A DNA stretch of 64,000 nt, from NCBI GenBank assembly GCA_030431515.1, contig JAUIIX010000008.1:13071-77070 (forward strand). The letters run 5' to 3'. The stretch comes from a bacterium (GTDB taxonomy: Bacteria; Bacteroidota; Ignavibacteria; Kapaibacteriales; UBA2268). A program made the translations under genes and the position numbers. Within the stretch, counting starts at the first letter, position 1; the number at the start of each line of letters is the position of its first letter. The notes beneath the pieces are model-generated. The model made no database searches. It was not told the origin of the DNA and was given only the letters and a program-made list of their open reading frames with translations. Shown in pieces: positions 1-9,584 of this stretch.

Positions 1-621
1 AAAGGCACCTGCCCAAGAACCTTTCAAACTAAATATTGATTTAGGAAGTACACTATTTATTTTTGATAATGCAACTAATTCATTAATTGCCCAATTTGTT
101 TTTTTATTTGCTCTAGCTTTTATCTTTTCTATGTATTCGTGTAGTTTTTCAGAATCTTCAGTATAACTCTCAATAAAAATATCAGTATTCATTTTGATAT
201 ATTCTTCTTGATTTGCCATTGCTGTAGATAAAAAAACAGAAGGTATATGATTATCACCTAAATAATTTCCTACTTTTGTTTCGACCCATAAAATTGAAGT
301 AATAACTTCTTTAGGAACATTATATTCTGCTTCTGCTCTTTTTAAAATTTCAAGATGTTTGTCGAGAAAAGATTTTGATTTTTTAACTGAAAATTCTGAG
401 TAATTTTGAGAGTAATCTGCCTTTTTAAGATAACCAGTTACGTTAATTTTAACATATTTCTCATTAAACTTTACTGTTTTATGGTTAACAAGTTCAGAAA
501 TGAAGGTCGAATCAACACCTTTTTCTAATAACTGTTCAATAACAGGTCTAAAAAAATCGTCTTTTTCAGTTGATAATAATAGACTTGGCATAAATATAAG
601 TATATATAAATATATTTTCAT
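1..621 (-). CDS. lytic murein transglycosylase (MltB/SLT_2-like), 3' end truncated by window edge
   Basis: Minus-strand ORF starts at ATG 619-621 (MKIYLYILIFMPSLLL, signal-like) and runs off the window start. Contains the catalytic-Glu motif region ILWVETKVGNY and C-proximal GSWAGAF, as in MltB family. Not in the ORF track because it is edge-truncated. Confidence 0.55.
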   Translation of the reverse strand, partial: MKIYLYILIFMPSLLLSTEKDDFFRPVIEQLLEKGVDSTFISELVNHKTVKFNEKYVKINVTGYLKKADYSQNYSEFSVKKSKSFLDKHLEILKRAEAEYNVPKEVITSILWVETKVGNYLGDNHIPSVFLSTAMANQEEYIKMNTDIFIESYTEDSEKLHEYIEKIKARANKKTNWAINELVALSKINSVLPKSIFSLKGSWAGAF

Positions 622-745
622 AGTAATCCTCTTTTTTGCTGCTTTGTAAAATCGTGGAAGCTAAAATTATCAAATATTTGTTAATAAACAAAATTATTTT
701 ATAAATTTTACCTAATTTTGAATTTTAAAATAAAAGCAAATCAAA

Positions 746-1918
746 ATGGAACTAAATATTTACCCAAAATTATATTTACAAAAAGGCAGAGAAAAATCAG
801 ATAGTAGGTTTCACCCATGGATATTTTCGGGAGCAATAAGTTCTAAAACAACAAATATTAGGCAAGGTGATTTAGTTTCAGTTTTTTCAGCAGATGAAGA
901 ATTTATAGGAATTGGAACATTTTCTCCAAGTACTATAGCTGTTAAAATATTATCAAGAATTGATGTGCTGATTAACAAAGATTTTTGGTTAGTAAAGTTA
1001 CGTGACGCAAGAAAATTACGAGAAGAATTAGATATTAATTCAAATGCTTATAGATTAGTTCATGGTGAAGGGGATTATCTTCCAGGATTAATAATCGATA
1101 AGTATGACAGAGTCTTTGTAATTCAAGCTCATGATGAAGGCATTTTCAAGCAAATTGAAAATATTAAAAATGCTTTAGTTGATTTATATGGTAAAGATAT
1201 TTCTATTTATAATAAAAGTAAAAAATCTATTCCATTCTTAAATAATGTGGAAGATTCTTATATTTATGGTGAAGAGTTAGAGCAAATTATTATTGAAGAA
1301 AATGGACTTAAGTTTTATGTTGATATTGTTTCTGGACAAAAAACAGGATTTTATATTGACCAAAGAGACAATAGAAAGCTAATTAACAAATTTAGCAAAG
1401 GCAAAAAGGTTTTAAATACTTTTTGTTATTCAGGGGCATTCTCAGTTTATGCTCTTAGTGCTGGAGCAAGTTCATGTCATTCTGTAGATTCTTCTGAAAT
1501 AGCAATTACTAAAACAAAAGAGAATATCGAGTTAAACTTTAAAAATTCAAATCATTCAGAAGAAAAAATTGAAGTATTCAAATTTTTTGAAGGAAACACA
1601 GAAAAGTTTGAGTTAATAATTGTTGACCCACCTTCATTTGCAAAGCACCCCAGAGCAAAGAAACAAGCTCTACACGCTTACACGAAAACAAATAGAATGG
1701 CTATCGAAGCATTAGAAGAGAAAGGGATAATATTCACATTCTCTTGCTCACAAGCTGTAAGTGAAGATGAATTTCAGAGGTCAATTTTCAATGCAGTTTT
1801 ATCAACTAATAGAAAATGTCAGATTATTGCAAAGTTAGGTCAGCCTTCTGATCATCCTCTTGATATTTATCATCAAGAAGGCAAATATCTAAAAGGGTTC
1901 TTATTAAAGTTTGACTAA
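746..1918 (+). CDS. class I SAM-dependent rRNA (cytosine-C5) methyltransferase, RlmI/YccW-like (PUA + MTase)
   Basis: N-terminal PUA-like region. MTase core motifs FCYSGAFS, VDSS and IVDPPSFAK (the DPPSF motif typical of RlmI family). Confidence 0.7.
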   Translation: MELNIYPKLYLQKGREKSDSRFHPWIFSGAISSKTTNIRQGDLVSVFSADEEFIGIGTFSPSTIAVKILSRIDVLINKDFWLVKLRDARKLREELDINSNAYRLVHGEGDYLPGLIIDKYDRVFVIQAHDEGIFKQIENIKNALVDLYGKDISIYNKSKKSIPFLNNVEDSYIYGEELEQIIIEENGLKFYVDIVSGQKTGFYIDQRDNRKLINKFSKGKKVLNTFCYSGAFSVYALSAGASSCHSVDSSEIAITKTKENIELNFKNSNHSEEKIEVFKFFEGNTEKFELIIVDPPSFAKHPRAKKQALHAYTKTNRMAIEALEEKGIIFTFSCSQAVSEDEFQRSIFNAVLSTNRKCQIIAKLGQPSDHPLDIYHQEGKYLKGFLLKFD

Positions 1919-1982
1919 TAAATATGAAATAAACTCAAAGTTAAAATTATAGATAAATTATTTAGGCATAAAAATAAATAAT

Positions 1983-4190
1983 TTATCTTTTCTTTTTAAT
2001 AGTAATTTCAACAGTTCTACTTATAAATCTTTCTTCTGGTGTTTGGTATGATTTAATACCAGGAGCAAATTTTTCTGAACCAAGCCCAACAACTTTAGTA
2101 AATTTAGCTCTTGGAGCAATAGAACTTATATATTTTTTTACTTCATCAGCTCTTACAGCAGATAAATTTTTATTTGCAATTTCATTTCCAAGTTTATCAC
2201 TATAACCAGTGATTTCTATTTCAGAATTTTCATCCAGGTTTCTAATAAACTTCTTAATTTCATTTTTAATTCTATTGTCTAAAGTCGCTTGAGATACTTT
2301 AAATACAGTTAAAGTCAATTTTTCTACTTCAGTTAAAGATGTATCTTTCACAATACCAATAGAAATATAATCATTTGCCTCTTTACCCATATCATCTATT
2401 CCACGTAAAGAAATATCTAAATTTCTATCACTTACAAGATCTGTAGCGTTTTTACGTGAGAACTCAAATGGCAATTCTGAGTATTGACTTTGACCATTAT
2501 TTTCAAATAAAACATTATTCCCTTGACTAACTTTTAAATTCCAAAAGTGTAGCATTGAGTATTTATAAGTACTTTTTTTAGGATATGCTTGGTAATTGTC
2601 ATCAAAAGGAGATTTAGAAACAATTTGATCAGCATTAATTTTGAATAATATATTTGCTGGTTTGATTTTAATTGGCTCTTCATATTTGGTATTGGTAACT
2701 GCAAAAAGAAGTTCGGGCATATTAGAATTTATTTCAACTCTACGATTTTCTGCGTATCCATCTTCTGTTTGAGTTCTTGTTAAATCATTAGGAACACAAT
2801 CATTATTATTATCTATTATTTTAATTCGCTTATCTTCTATATTAAATACATTAACTAAATAAAATTTAATTGATTTAGCTCTTTCCAAAGCTAAAGAACA
2901 ATCAGACTCAGTAGTGGGGTCAATATATCCTGTAATATCTAAATTTGCATTAACATTTTTAGACATTCTTTCACCAATAATATTCAGTGTATTTCTATTA
3001 TATACAATAGGATTCGGCTCTAATTCGTTCAAATCAAATTCATTAGCATTTCTAAATTGCTGGTATCTTTCAGGAATTCTATTGCTTTTCACTTCAAAGA
3101 AAATTGTAGGTAGTAGGGGATATATTTCTCTTGTTAATTCAACTTCTAATTTAATTTTATCTAATTTAACTTGATTATTATTTTCGTCGTAAGCATCAAT
3201 TTCAATGTTAACTGCAACATCTTCAAATACATCTAACTTAGTGTCTTTTGCATAATCAATAATCGCTTCTTTACCTTTAGTAAACAAAGTATCAGTTCTT
3301 GAAATCATTGTAATATAATCAATTTTTTCTGAGCTTTCTTTTTCAATTACTTCTTTCTTTTGTTTTCCAAGTACTACAAATTCATCTTTAATATAGTCTT
3401 TCTTAACTTTAATAGTATCAATATTATACTCATCAAAATAATACTTATCAAGTCTTTTTGGAGCATAGAAAATATTAATTCCGATATTGAAGTTGCTCAT
3501 TTTCCAATCATTGTCGCTAACAAAACTTGTAATTCCATATCTGTAAGATAGTTCAGGTAGTAATCGAATAGTATTGTCTTTATTCATTTGTATTTCATAA
3601 CTTGCACCGACTACAATCCCTAAATCAAAAGAAGAGAGATTTGGAATATCACCACTTGTTTGGTTTCTACTTCTTGAGTTAGTAGATTCATTTTTCTCTT
3701 CGTCCCAAAAAGTTCCAGTATTATTTGGTTTAGTAATTTTCTCAACAGAATTATGTGTTCCTGAAAGCATAGAAGAAAACTGAATTCCACCATTCAGATA
3801 TAATTTATCAAAAATATTATAACTATAATAAGGTTCAAAAGTAATTGCTTTTACACTTGCATCAATGTAGTGAGTGAATTGCCCAAGTGATTTCCCAGAA
3901 GGTAAGTTTACATAAGTGTTTTCAGTTCGTGTTAATTCACCAGAGTAATCATTTAGTCCAAGTCTTAAACCCACATATGAAGTTTTATCTAAGGGGAACT
4001 TTACATTAGCTCCAAATGAAAAACCTGAGCCAGAACCATCTAAATAGCCAGGGCAACATGAGTTGAATGCTTCTAATTCTTGAAAGTCTGCACTATATTG
4101 ATTGAAGTTATAATTTGTATATATTCCATAATATATTGCTTCTTTTGCAGAAAGTGTACTTATAAATAAAATAATTAGTATTATTTTCAT
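1983..4190 (-). CDS. OmpA-family outer membrane protein: N-terminal porin-like beta-barrel plus two OmpA/peptidoglycan-binding domains
   Basis: Signal peptide, ~240-aa barrel region (CCPGY ... IFYAPKRL). Internal OmpA-like segment (TGYIDPTTESDCSLALERAKSI...NRRVEI) and C-terminal OmpA domain (TGYSDKLGNEIANKNLSAVRADEVKKYI). Paralog of 9585..11618. Confidence 0.7.
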   Translation of the reverse strand: MKIILIILFISTLSAKEAIYYGIYTNYNFNQYSADFQELEAFNSCCPGYLDGSGSGFSFGANVKFPLDKTSYVGLRLGLNDYSGELTRTENTYVNLPSGKSLGQFTHYIDASVKAITFEPYYSYNIFDKLYLNGGIQFSSMLSGTHNSVEKITKPNNTGTFWDEEKNESTNSRSRNQTSGDIPNLSSFDLGIVVGASYEIQMNKDNTIRLLPELSYRYGITSFVSDNDWKMSNFNIGINIFYAPKRLDKYYFDEYNIDTIKVKKDYIKDEFVVLGKQKKEVIEKESSEKIDYITMISRTDTLFTKGKEAIIDYAKDTKLDVFEDVAVNIEIDAYDENNNQVKLDKIKLEVELTREIYPLLPTIFFEVKSNRIPERYQQFRNANEFDLNELEPNPIVYNRNTLNIIGERMSKNVNANLDITGYIDPTTESDCSLALERAKSIKFYLVNVFNIEDKRIKIIDNNNDCVPNDLTRTQTEDGYAENRRVEINSNMPELLFAVTNTKYEEPIKIKPANILFKINADQIVSKSPFDDNYQAYPKKSTYKYSMLHFWNLKVSQGNNVLFENNGQSQYSELPFEFSRKNATDLVSDRNLDISLRGIDDMGKEANDYISIGIVKDTSLTEVEKLTLTVFKVSQATLDNRIKNEIKKFIRNLDENSEIEITGYSDKLGNEIANKNLSAVRADEVKKYISSIAPRAKFTKVVGLGSEKFAPGIKSYQTPEERFISRTVEITIKKKR

Positions 4191-4267
4191 TTGGTATGTT
4201 TTGTTAAAATCAATAAATTCAAAAATATGAAAAAATAATTAGAATAATTAAGAAAATATACTCATAT

Positions 4268-5257
4268 CTACTTTTTACCACCAAAATTTCTAATTTTATT
4301 TTTTATTTCATCAATTTTGCTATTAAGTTTCTCTTCTTTACTTTTCAATTCTACCTTAGATGAATCTTTTTTAACTTCTTCTTTAATTGTATCAGCTTTT
4401 GTTTTAACTTGATAGGCAGTAGTATCATAACCAGTAACTTCTAAGACATCATCAAAGAGTTTAGAATTTACTTGAGAGACGCCTGGCTCTATAAAAACTT
4501 CAATTCTTCTATTTCTCTCTCTATTTTCTCTTGAATCATTAGGAACTAAAGGCTCACCATCAGAATGACCTATAATTTCAAGTTGAGAAGTAGGGAATCC
4601 ACCATATAATTCAAAAACTTGAGCTACAGATGACGCTCTAGCACCAGATAAATCCCAATTAGAACGAAACTTACCACTACTAATAGGAACATCATCAGTA
4701 TGACCATTTACTACAAATGAAAGATCTAAACCTCTTAAACTATCTGCTAATGTAATTATTACTTTCTCCATCGCTTTTTTTAAATCAGCACTTCCACTTT
4801 CAAAAGTTGCTTCTGCAGGAAATCTAATTAAGAGTCTTTCTTGTTTATTTTCAACTTCAGCAACACCACTATCTACTTCCACATTTAATAATTCTTGAAC
4901 AACTTCTTCTAAAACATTAACAATTTGAGCTTTATGTTTTTCTTGTTCAGTATATTCTTGTTCTTTAGTATTAGTAAGCTCTTGACTTTCTTCTTGTTCT
5001 TTAACTTCAACTTTCTTACTCGCTGGGTCAAGCTCCATTATAGATATAATATTTTTAGTAGGTTGACCAAAAACATAAATACCTGAAAAAGCTTCTTTAA
5101 TAGATTCAGTGGCTTGTTGAAATTTAGGATCAGAAATTGTGGACATAGAAAGCATGATAACAAAGAATGTCATTAATAGGGTCATTAAATCAGAAAAGGT
5201 TACCATCCAATCGGGGGCACCTTTCTTACATGGGGGGCATTCTGGTTCAGCAGCCAT
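4268..5257 (-). CDS. motB: MotB-like stator protein (OmpA/MotB C-terminal domain) with K/E-rich coiled-coil tail
   Basis: N-terminal plug/TM with conserved Asp (WMVTFSDLMTLLMTFFVIM). C-terminal peptidoglycan-binding motif NGHTDDVPISSGKFRSNWDLSGARASSV. Lies 7 bp downstream of motA-like gene. Confidence 0.7.
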   Translation of the reverse strand: MAAEPECPPCKKGAPDWMVTFSDLMTLLMTFFVIMLSMSTISDPKFQQATESIKEAFSGIYVFGQPTKNIISIMELDPASKKVEVKEQEESQELTNTKEQEYTEQEKHKAQIVNVLEEVVQELLNVEVDSGVAEVENKQERLLIRFPAEATFESGSADLKKAMEKVIITLADSLRGLDLSFVVNGHTDDVPISSGKFRSNWDLSGARASSVAQVFELYGGFPTSQLEIIGHSDGEPLVPNDSRENRERNRRIEVFIEPGVSQVNSKLFDDVLEVTGYDTTAYQVKTKADTIKEEVKKDSSKVELKSKEEKLNSKIDEIKNKIRNFGGKK

Positions 5258-5263
5258 AATTAT

Positions 5264-6022
5264 TTATTTCTTTTTATCATCAGTTGGTTTTTTAACATAA
5301 GTTTCAAGTAATTGGTTCATAATTATAGCAGATTGTCCTTGTTGAATTGACAACACACCTTGAATAATTAATTCCAATGTATCTTTTGTTTCTTTTGTTC
5401 TTAGTTTTAATTTTTCAGCTAATGGGATACAAAAAACCTGAGCAATAACAGCACCATAAAGTGTAGTAATTAAGGCAATCGCCATACCTGGTCCAATAGC
5501 ATCAGGGTCACTCATATTTTGAAGCATTATCACAAGTCCAATTAATGTACCAATCATACCCATAGCAGGTGCAGAATCAGCCATTCCACTTAGTAAGTTT
5601 ACTCCTGTTTCAGATGCTTCAATTGTATTCGACATTTCATTTCTTAATACTTTTTCAGTAAATTCAGGAGAATGTCCATCCATAACTAAATCTATACCTT
5701 TTGAAAAATATGAATTTTTGATTTCTTGTCCTTCTAAAGCAATAACACCTTCTTTCTGTACAATTTTAGTTAAAGAAGTTGCAAGTTCAATTAATTCTTG
5801 AGGTGATTCAGATTTCTCAAAAAAAGCAGCTTGGATAGCTAACTTAAAACTATTTAATAATTCACTAAGTCTATATTTAATTAAAGTAACACCTAATGTA
5901 CCTCCTACTACTACGAATATAGAAGGAATATCAATAAAGTAAATAATACTTGTATTGATAGCGGCTAATACTACTATTAATGTGGCAACTAAGCCAATCA
6001 GGGTTCCTAAATCCATAAACAT
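5264..6022 (-). CDS. motA: MotA/PomA (MotA/TolQ/ExbB proton-channel family) stator protein
   Basis: 252 aa, 4-TM topology. Conserved C-terminal channel region (PAMGMIGTLIGLV...MAIALITTLYGAVIA). Immediately upstream of motB-like. Confidence 0.7.
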   Translation of the reverse strand: MFMDLGTLIGLVATLIVVLAAINTSIIYFIDIPSIFVVVGGTLGVTLIKYRLSELLNSFKLAIQAAFFEKSESPQELIELATSLTKIVQKEGVIALEGQEIKNSYFSKGIDLVMDGHSPEFTEKVLRNEMSNTIEASETGVNLLSGMADSAPAMGMIGTLIGLVIMLQNMSDPDAIGPGMAIALITTLYGAVIAQVFCIPLAEKLKLRTKETKDTLELIIQGVLSIQQGQSAIIMNQLLETYVKKPTDDKKK

Positions 6023-6121
6023 TCCTTTTATGGTAAAAATTCATTTCAAATCTACTAATTAAGTAAATCTACCTAATTTATCGGTAATAAGGTTATAATC
6101 TTTAATAATATCATTTAAAAT

Positions 6122-6157
6122 TTTATAAAATTAAAATGAAAAGGAGCCGAAGCTCCT
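6122..6157 (-). terminator. rho-independent terminator after BNR-repeat gene
   Basis: Hairpin AAAGGAGC-cgaa-GCTCCTTT (6138-6157) followed on the minus strand by a U-rich tract. Confidence 0.55.
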
Positions 6158-6163
6158 TTAATA

Positions 6164-9100
6164 TTATTTTCTTAATTCATCTGGTAACCAAGGTGAATTT
6201 GCATTTGTAAGTGCTTGTTCAATACTTTCAATATCACTTTCAATTGAAATTAATTGAGCTTTCAAACTGGTATATTGTTTTTCTAATAAATCTAAACCTT
6301 TCTTATTTGTTTCAGTTGGGTCAGAAGATGAATACCAGAAACTATATAGCATATTTCCTAATCTATCAGACATAGATGGAGTTTGATTCGCATTTCTTGA
6401 ACTTTTGCTTGCATCTCCATTAACTAATATATTTGCTTTATCTAATTTTATATTAATTTTATTGATTTGAGCTAATAACTCATTATTAGCTTCATTACTA
6501 AATAAAACCCCATTTTCTAATACTTTCAATTTATTATTCACAGATTTTATATAGTTATTAGCACCATCTAAATTTTTTCTAACTTCAAAAGCACGTTTAT
6601 GGAATGCCATTAGTTCAGCACTATTAGTAGCAGGCATTGTTTTATTATCAAGTACTTTTGCATTAAAAGAAACTTCATCAGATATTTTAGTTAATTCTCC
6701 ATAATGTTCTTTGTAAATAGAAACTGTATATTTACCTGGCATAATAGGGAATCCACCACTCTTATTGATATCGCTTTTGCTGCTAAGAGGAGCTGTATCA
6801 GGGTATCTTAAATCCCAAACAATTCTTTGTAATCCTTTTTTGTATGAAGATGTTAATTTTCTTACAGTGTTTCCTTTGTCATCTTTAATAATAAAAATTA
6901 GTGATGGTTTTAGTTCATCGTCTTCTAATTTTAATTCAGCAAATGAAGGATATTTTACACTTTGACCTTTCTTTTCTAATTCTTTTGCTTCTTTTTGTCT
7001 TTTAGATTTTAATGTTTCATAGTTATCTTTAATAAAATAAGTGAAAACAGCTCCATAAGGATGATTTTCTCCTCTCCAAAATGTCTCTCCTAAACTACGT
7101 CTTCCAAAAGATCTATCTTCTATGTACATCCATGAATCTTTAATAGGGAAGAGTTTAGCTTCTTGTTTAATCATTTCATCATTGATTTCTCTCAAAGCAG
7201 AATAATCATCTAAAATATAAAAGCCTCTACCAAATGTACCTAAAGCCAAATCATTTTCTCTTCTTTGAATTTCAATCTCTTTAACACAAATAGTAGGCAA
7301 ACCAGCAGAAAGTTTTATCCAGTTTTTACCACCATTATAAGTGTAATAAACTCCAAATTCAGTTCCAATAAATAACAAGTCAGATTTAACATGATCTTGC
7401 TTTATAGAGTGTACTGGTAAATTTTCAGGTAATCCATTTGCAATTGATACCCAAGTTTTACCTTTATTATTAGATTTCATTATATATGGTTTGAAATCGC
7501 CTCTTTTTCTATTATCAAATGTAGCATACACAGTATTCTCATCAAATAAATCTGCCTCTAAATCAGAAACATAAGTAGTTTCAGGAACTCCAGTAAAGGA
7601 AGAATATTTTGCCCAAGTTGTTCCATCATTTTCAGTAACTTGGATTAGACCATCATCAGTTCCGACATAAATCAATCCTTTCTTTTTACTTGATTCGTCT
7701 AAAGAAACAATATTTCCATAAAGAGAAGTAGAAGCATTTTTAGCAACAGCTTCTGGCTCCCAAACCTTGTCCATAACTTTTAAAGTATTTCTATCAATCT
7801 GTTGTGATAAATCTCCACTAATCTTAGTCCAAGAGTTTCCTTGATTTGTTGACTTAAATAATTTATTTGCTGCAAAATACAAAGTCTTATTATCAAATGG
7901 AGAAATAATTACTGGGGAATTCCAATTCCATCTTAATTCTTCATTCTCTTCTTCTTGAGGTTGAATACCTGTAATCTCGCCTGATCTTTTATCATATCTA
8001 ACTAAAAAGCCATATTGAGGTTGAGAATATACAATGTTAGGATCCTTAGGGTCAATCACAGTTTTAAATCCATCACCACCTACAGTGAAATAAAAATCTT
8101 GATTCATTAAACCATCAGCATTTTGTGTTCTTGTAGGTCCACCTATAGTATTATTATCTTGAGTTCCACCATAGATATTATAAAATGGATAATCATTATC
8201 TACAGAAACTCTATAAAATTGAGTTACTGATAAATTTTCAAAGAACCTCCAAGTTTTTGAATCATCATAAGTTTCATATAATCCACCGTCACCACCAATT
8301 AAAATATGCTTAGGGTTTGTTGGGTTTATCCACATTGCGTGGTCATCAACGTGTCTTTCTTTTAATCCTATTTTTTCAAAAGTTTTACCACCATCAGTTG
8401 TTAAACTGGTATAAGTTGATACAGCATATACAGAATTTTTGTCAGTTGGATGAGGAAATAATTCTTGGTAATATTGAGCAGAACCAGAAATGAAAGGATT
8501 TCTTTTTTCCCAACTTGCACCTCTATCAGTACTTCTAAAAAATCCACCATTAGTACCAGAAGCTTCTACGATTGCATAAACATAATCTGGGTCGGCAGGA
8601 GAAATTGCAAGTCCAATTCTACCAACCAAACCGCTTGGTAATCCATTTTCTAATTTGTTCCAAGTTTTTCCAGCATCTTCAGATTTGTAAAGAGCACTTT
8701 CAGGACCACCATTAATTAATGTCCAAACATGTCTTCTTCTTTGATAAGAAGCAGCGTAAAGAACATCAGGGTTTCTTGGATCCATTAATAAATCAGTCAC
8801 TCCAGTTTTTGGAGATATTTCTAAAACATTAACCCAATCTTTCCCACCATTTGTAGTTTTATAAAGTCCTCTATCACCACCATCCTTCCAAAGTGGTCCT
8901 TGTGCGGCAACATATACTATATTTGAATTCGAAGGGTGAACAATAACTTTTGCAATATGCTCAGAGTTTTTCAAGCCAACATTTTTGAAAGATTTACCAC
9001 CATCTTCACTTTTATATAATCCATCACCATAACTAACAGCTCTTTGTGAATTATTTTCTCCAGTACCAACCCATATCGTATTATGATTATTAGGATCTAT

Positions 9101-9382
9101 AGTAACACATCCGATAGAGTAGGAACCATAGTTATCAAAAATTGCTTCAAAGCTACTTCCTTTATTGGTAGTTTTATAAACACCACCAGAAGCAACTGCA
9201 ACATAAAATTCATTATAATCATTTGGATTAACTGCTAAGTCAATAATTCTACCTGATGCTAAAGCAGGTCCAATAGCTCTAAATTTAAGACCACTAAGCA
9301 TAGATGATTCTACTTCATCTTTAGAAATGGCAAAACTATGTAAAGCAAAAGTTAATAAAATCAGAACATTTATTAATTTCAT
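6164..9382 (-). CDS. secreted BNR/Asp-box repeat protein (sortilin/VPS10-like or GH74-like double beta-propeller)
   Basis: Signal peptide. At least 10 Asp-box repeats (YKSEDGGKSF, YKTTNGGKDW, YKSEDAGKTW, FRSTDRGASW, FKSTNQGNSW, MKSNNKGKTW ...). Confidence 0.6.
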   Translation of the reverse strand: MKLINVLILLTFALHSFAISKDEVESSMLSGLKFRAIGPALASGRIIDLAVNPNDYNEFYVAVASGGVYKTTNKGSSFEAIFDNYGSYSIGCVTIDPNNHNTIWVGTGENNSQRAVSYGDGLYKSEDGGKSFKNVGLKNSEHIAKVIVHPSNSNIVYVAAQGPLWKDGGDRGLYKTTNGGKDWVNVLEISPKTGVTDLLMDPRNPDVLYAASYQRRRHVWTLINGGPESALYKSEDAGKTWNKLENGLPSGLVGRIGLAISPADPDYVYAIVEASGTNGGFFRSTDRGASWEKRNPFISGSAQYYQELFPHPTDKNSVYAVSTYTSLTTDGGKTFEKIGLKERHVDDHAMWINPTNPKHILIGGDGGLYETYDDSKTWRFFENLSVTQFYRVSVDNDYPFYNIYGGTQDNNTIGGPTRTQNADGLMNQDFYFTVGGDGFKTVIDPKDPNIVYSQPQYGFLVRYDKRSGEITGIQPQEEENEELRWNWNSPVIISPFDNKTLYFAANKLFKSTNQGNSWTKISGDLSQQIDRNTLKVMDKVWEPEAVAKNASTSLYGNIVSLDESSKKKGLIYVGTDDGLIQVTENDGTTWAKYSSFTGVPETTYVSDLEADLFDENTVYATFDNRKRGDFKPYIMKSNNKGKTWVSIANGLPENLPVHSIKQDHVKSDLLFIGTEFGVYYTYNGGKNWIKLSAGLPTICVKEIEIQRRENDLALGTFGRGFYILDDYSALREINDEMIKQEAKLFPIKDSWMYIEDRSFGRRSLGETFWRGENHPYGAVFTYFIKDNYETLKSKRQKEAKELEKKGQSVKYPSFAELKLEDDELKPSLIFIIKDDKGNTVRKLTSSYKKGLQRIVWDLRYPDTAPLSSKSDINKSGGFPIMPGKYTVSIYKEHYGELTKISDEVSFNAKVLDNKTMPATNSAELMAFHKRAFEVRKNLDGANNYIKSVNNKLKVLENGVLFSNEANNELLAQINKINIKLDKANILVNGDASKSSRNANQTPSMSDRLGNMLYSFWYSSSDPTETNKKGLDLLEKQYTSLKAQLISIESDIESIEQALTNANSPWLPDELRK

Positions 9383-9584
9383 TTAATATTTCCTTGTTAT
9401 AAAAACTAAAATACAAATTTAATTATTTTTTTTATTTAATGATAGTTTGGTTAAAAAAAACTTCAATTTGTGGAAATATAAAAGGACATAAAACAACTAT
9501 TTATTTTGTTTATATGAGAAAATTAAATAATTTTGCTATATTGCATTCAAGAAAAATGTTTTTTTAAAATATATTTTGTAAAAA

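Noticed and set aside
2914-3551. Antisense ORFs 2914..3174 and 3360..3551 inside the OmpA-family gene
   Set aside because: Low-complexity translations lie wholly inside a well-supported longer CDS on the other strand.
4268-6022. MotA/MotB pair considered as a Zorya (ZorAB) defence system
   Set aside because: The MotA homolog is 252 aa with no long C-terminal tail, and no ZorC/ZorD-like genes follow. The downstream gene is an OmpA barrel protein.
6765-6965. Antisense 66-aa ORF inside the BNR-repeat gene
   Set aside because: Embedded in a strong CDS, with no motifs.
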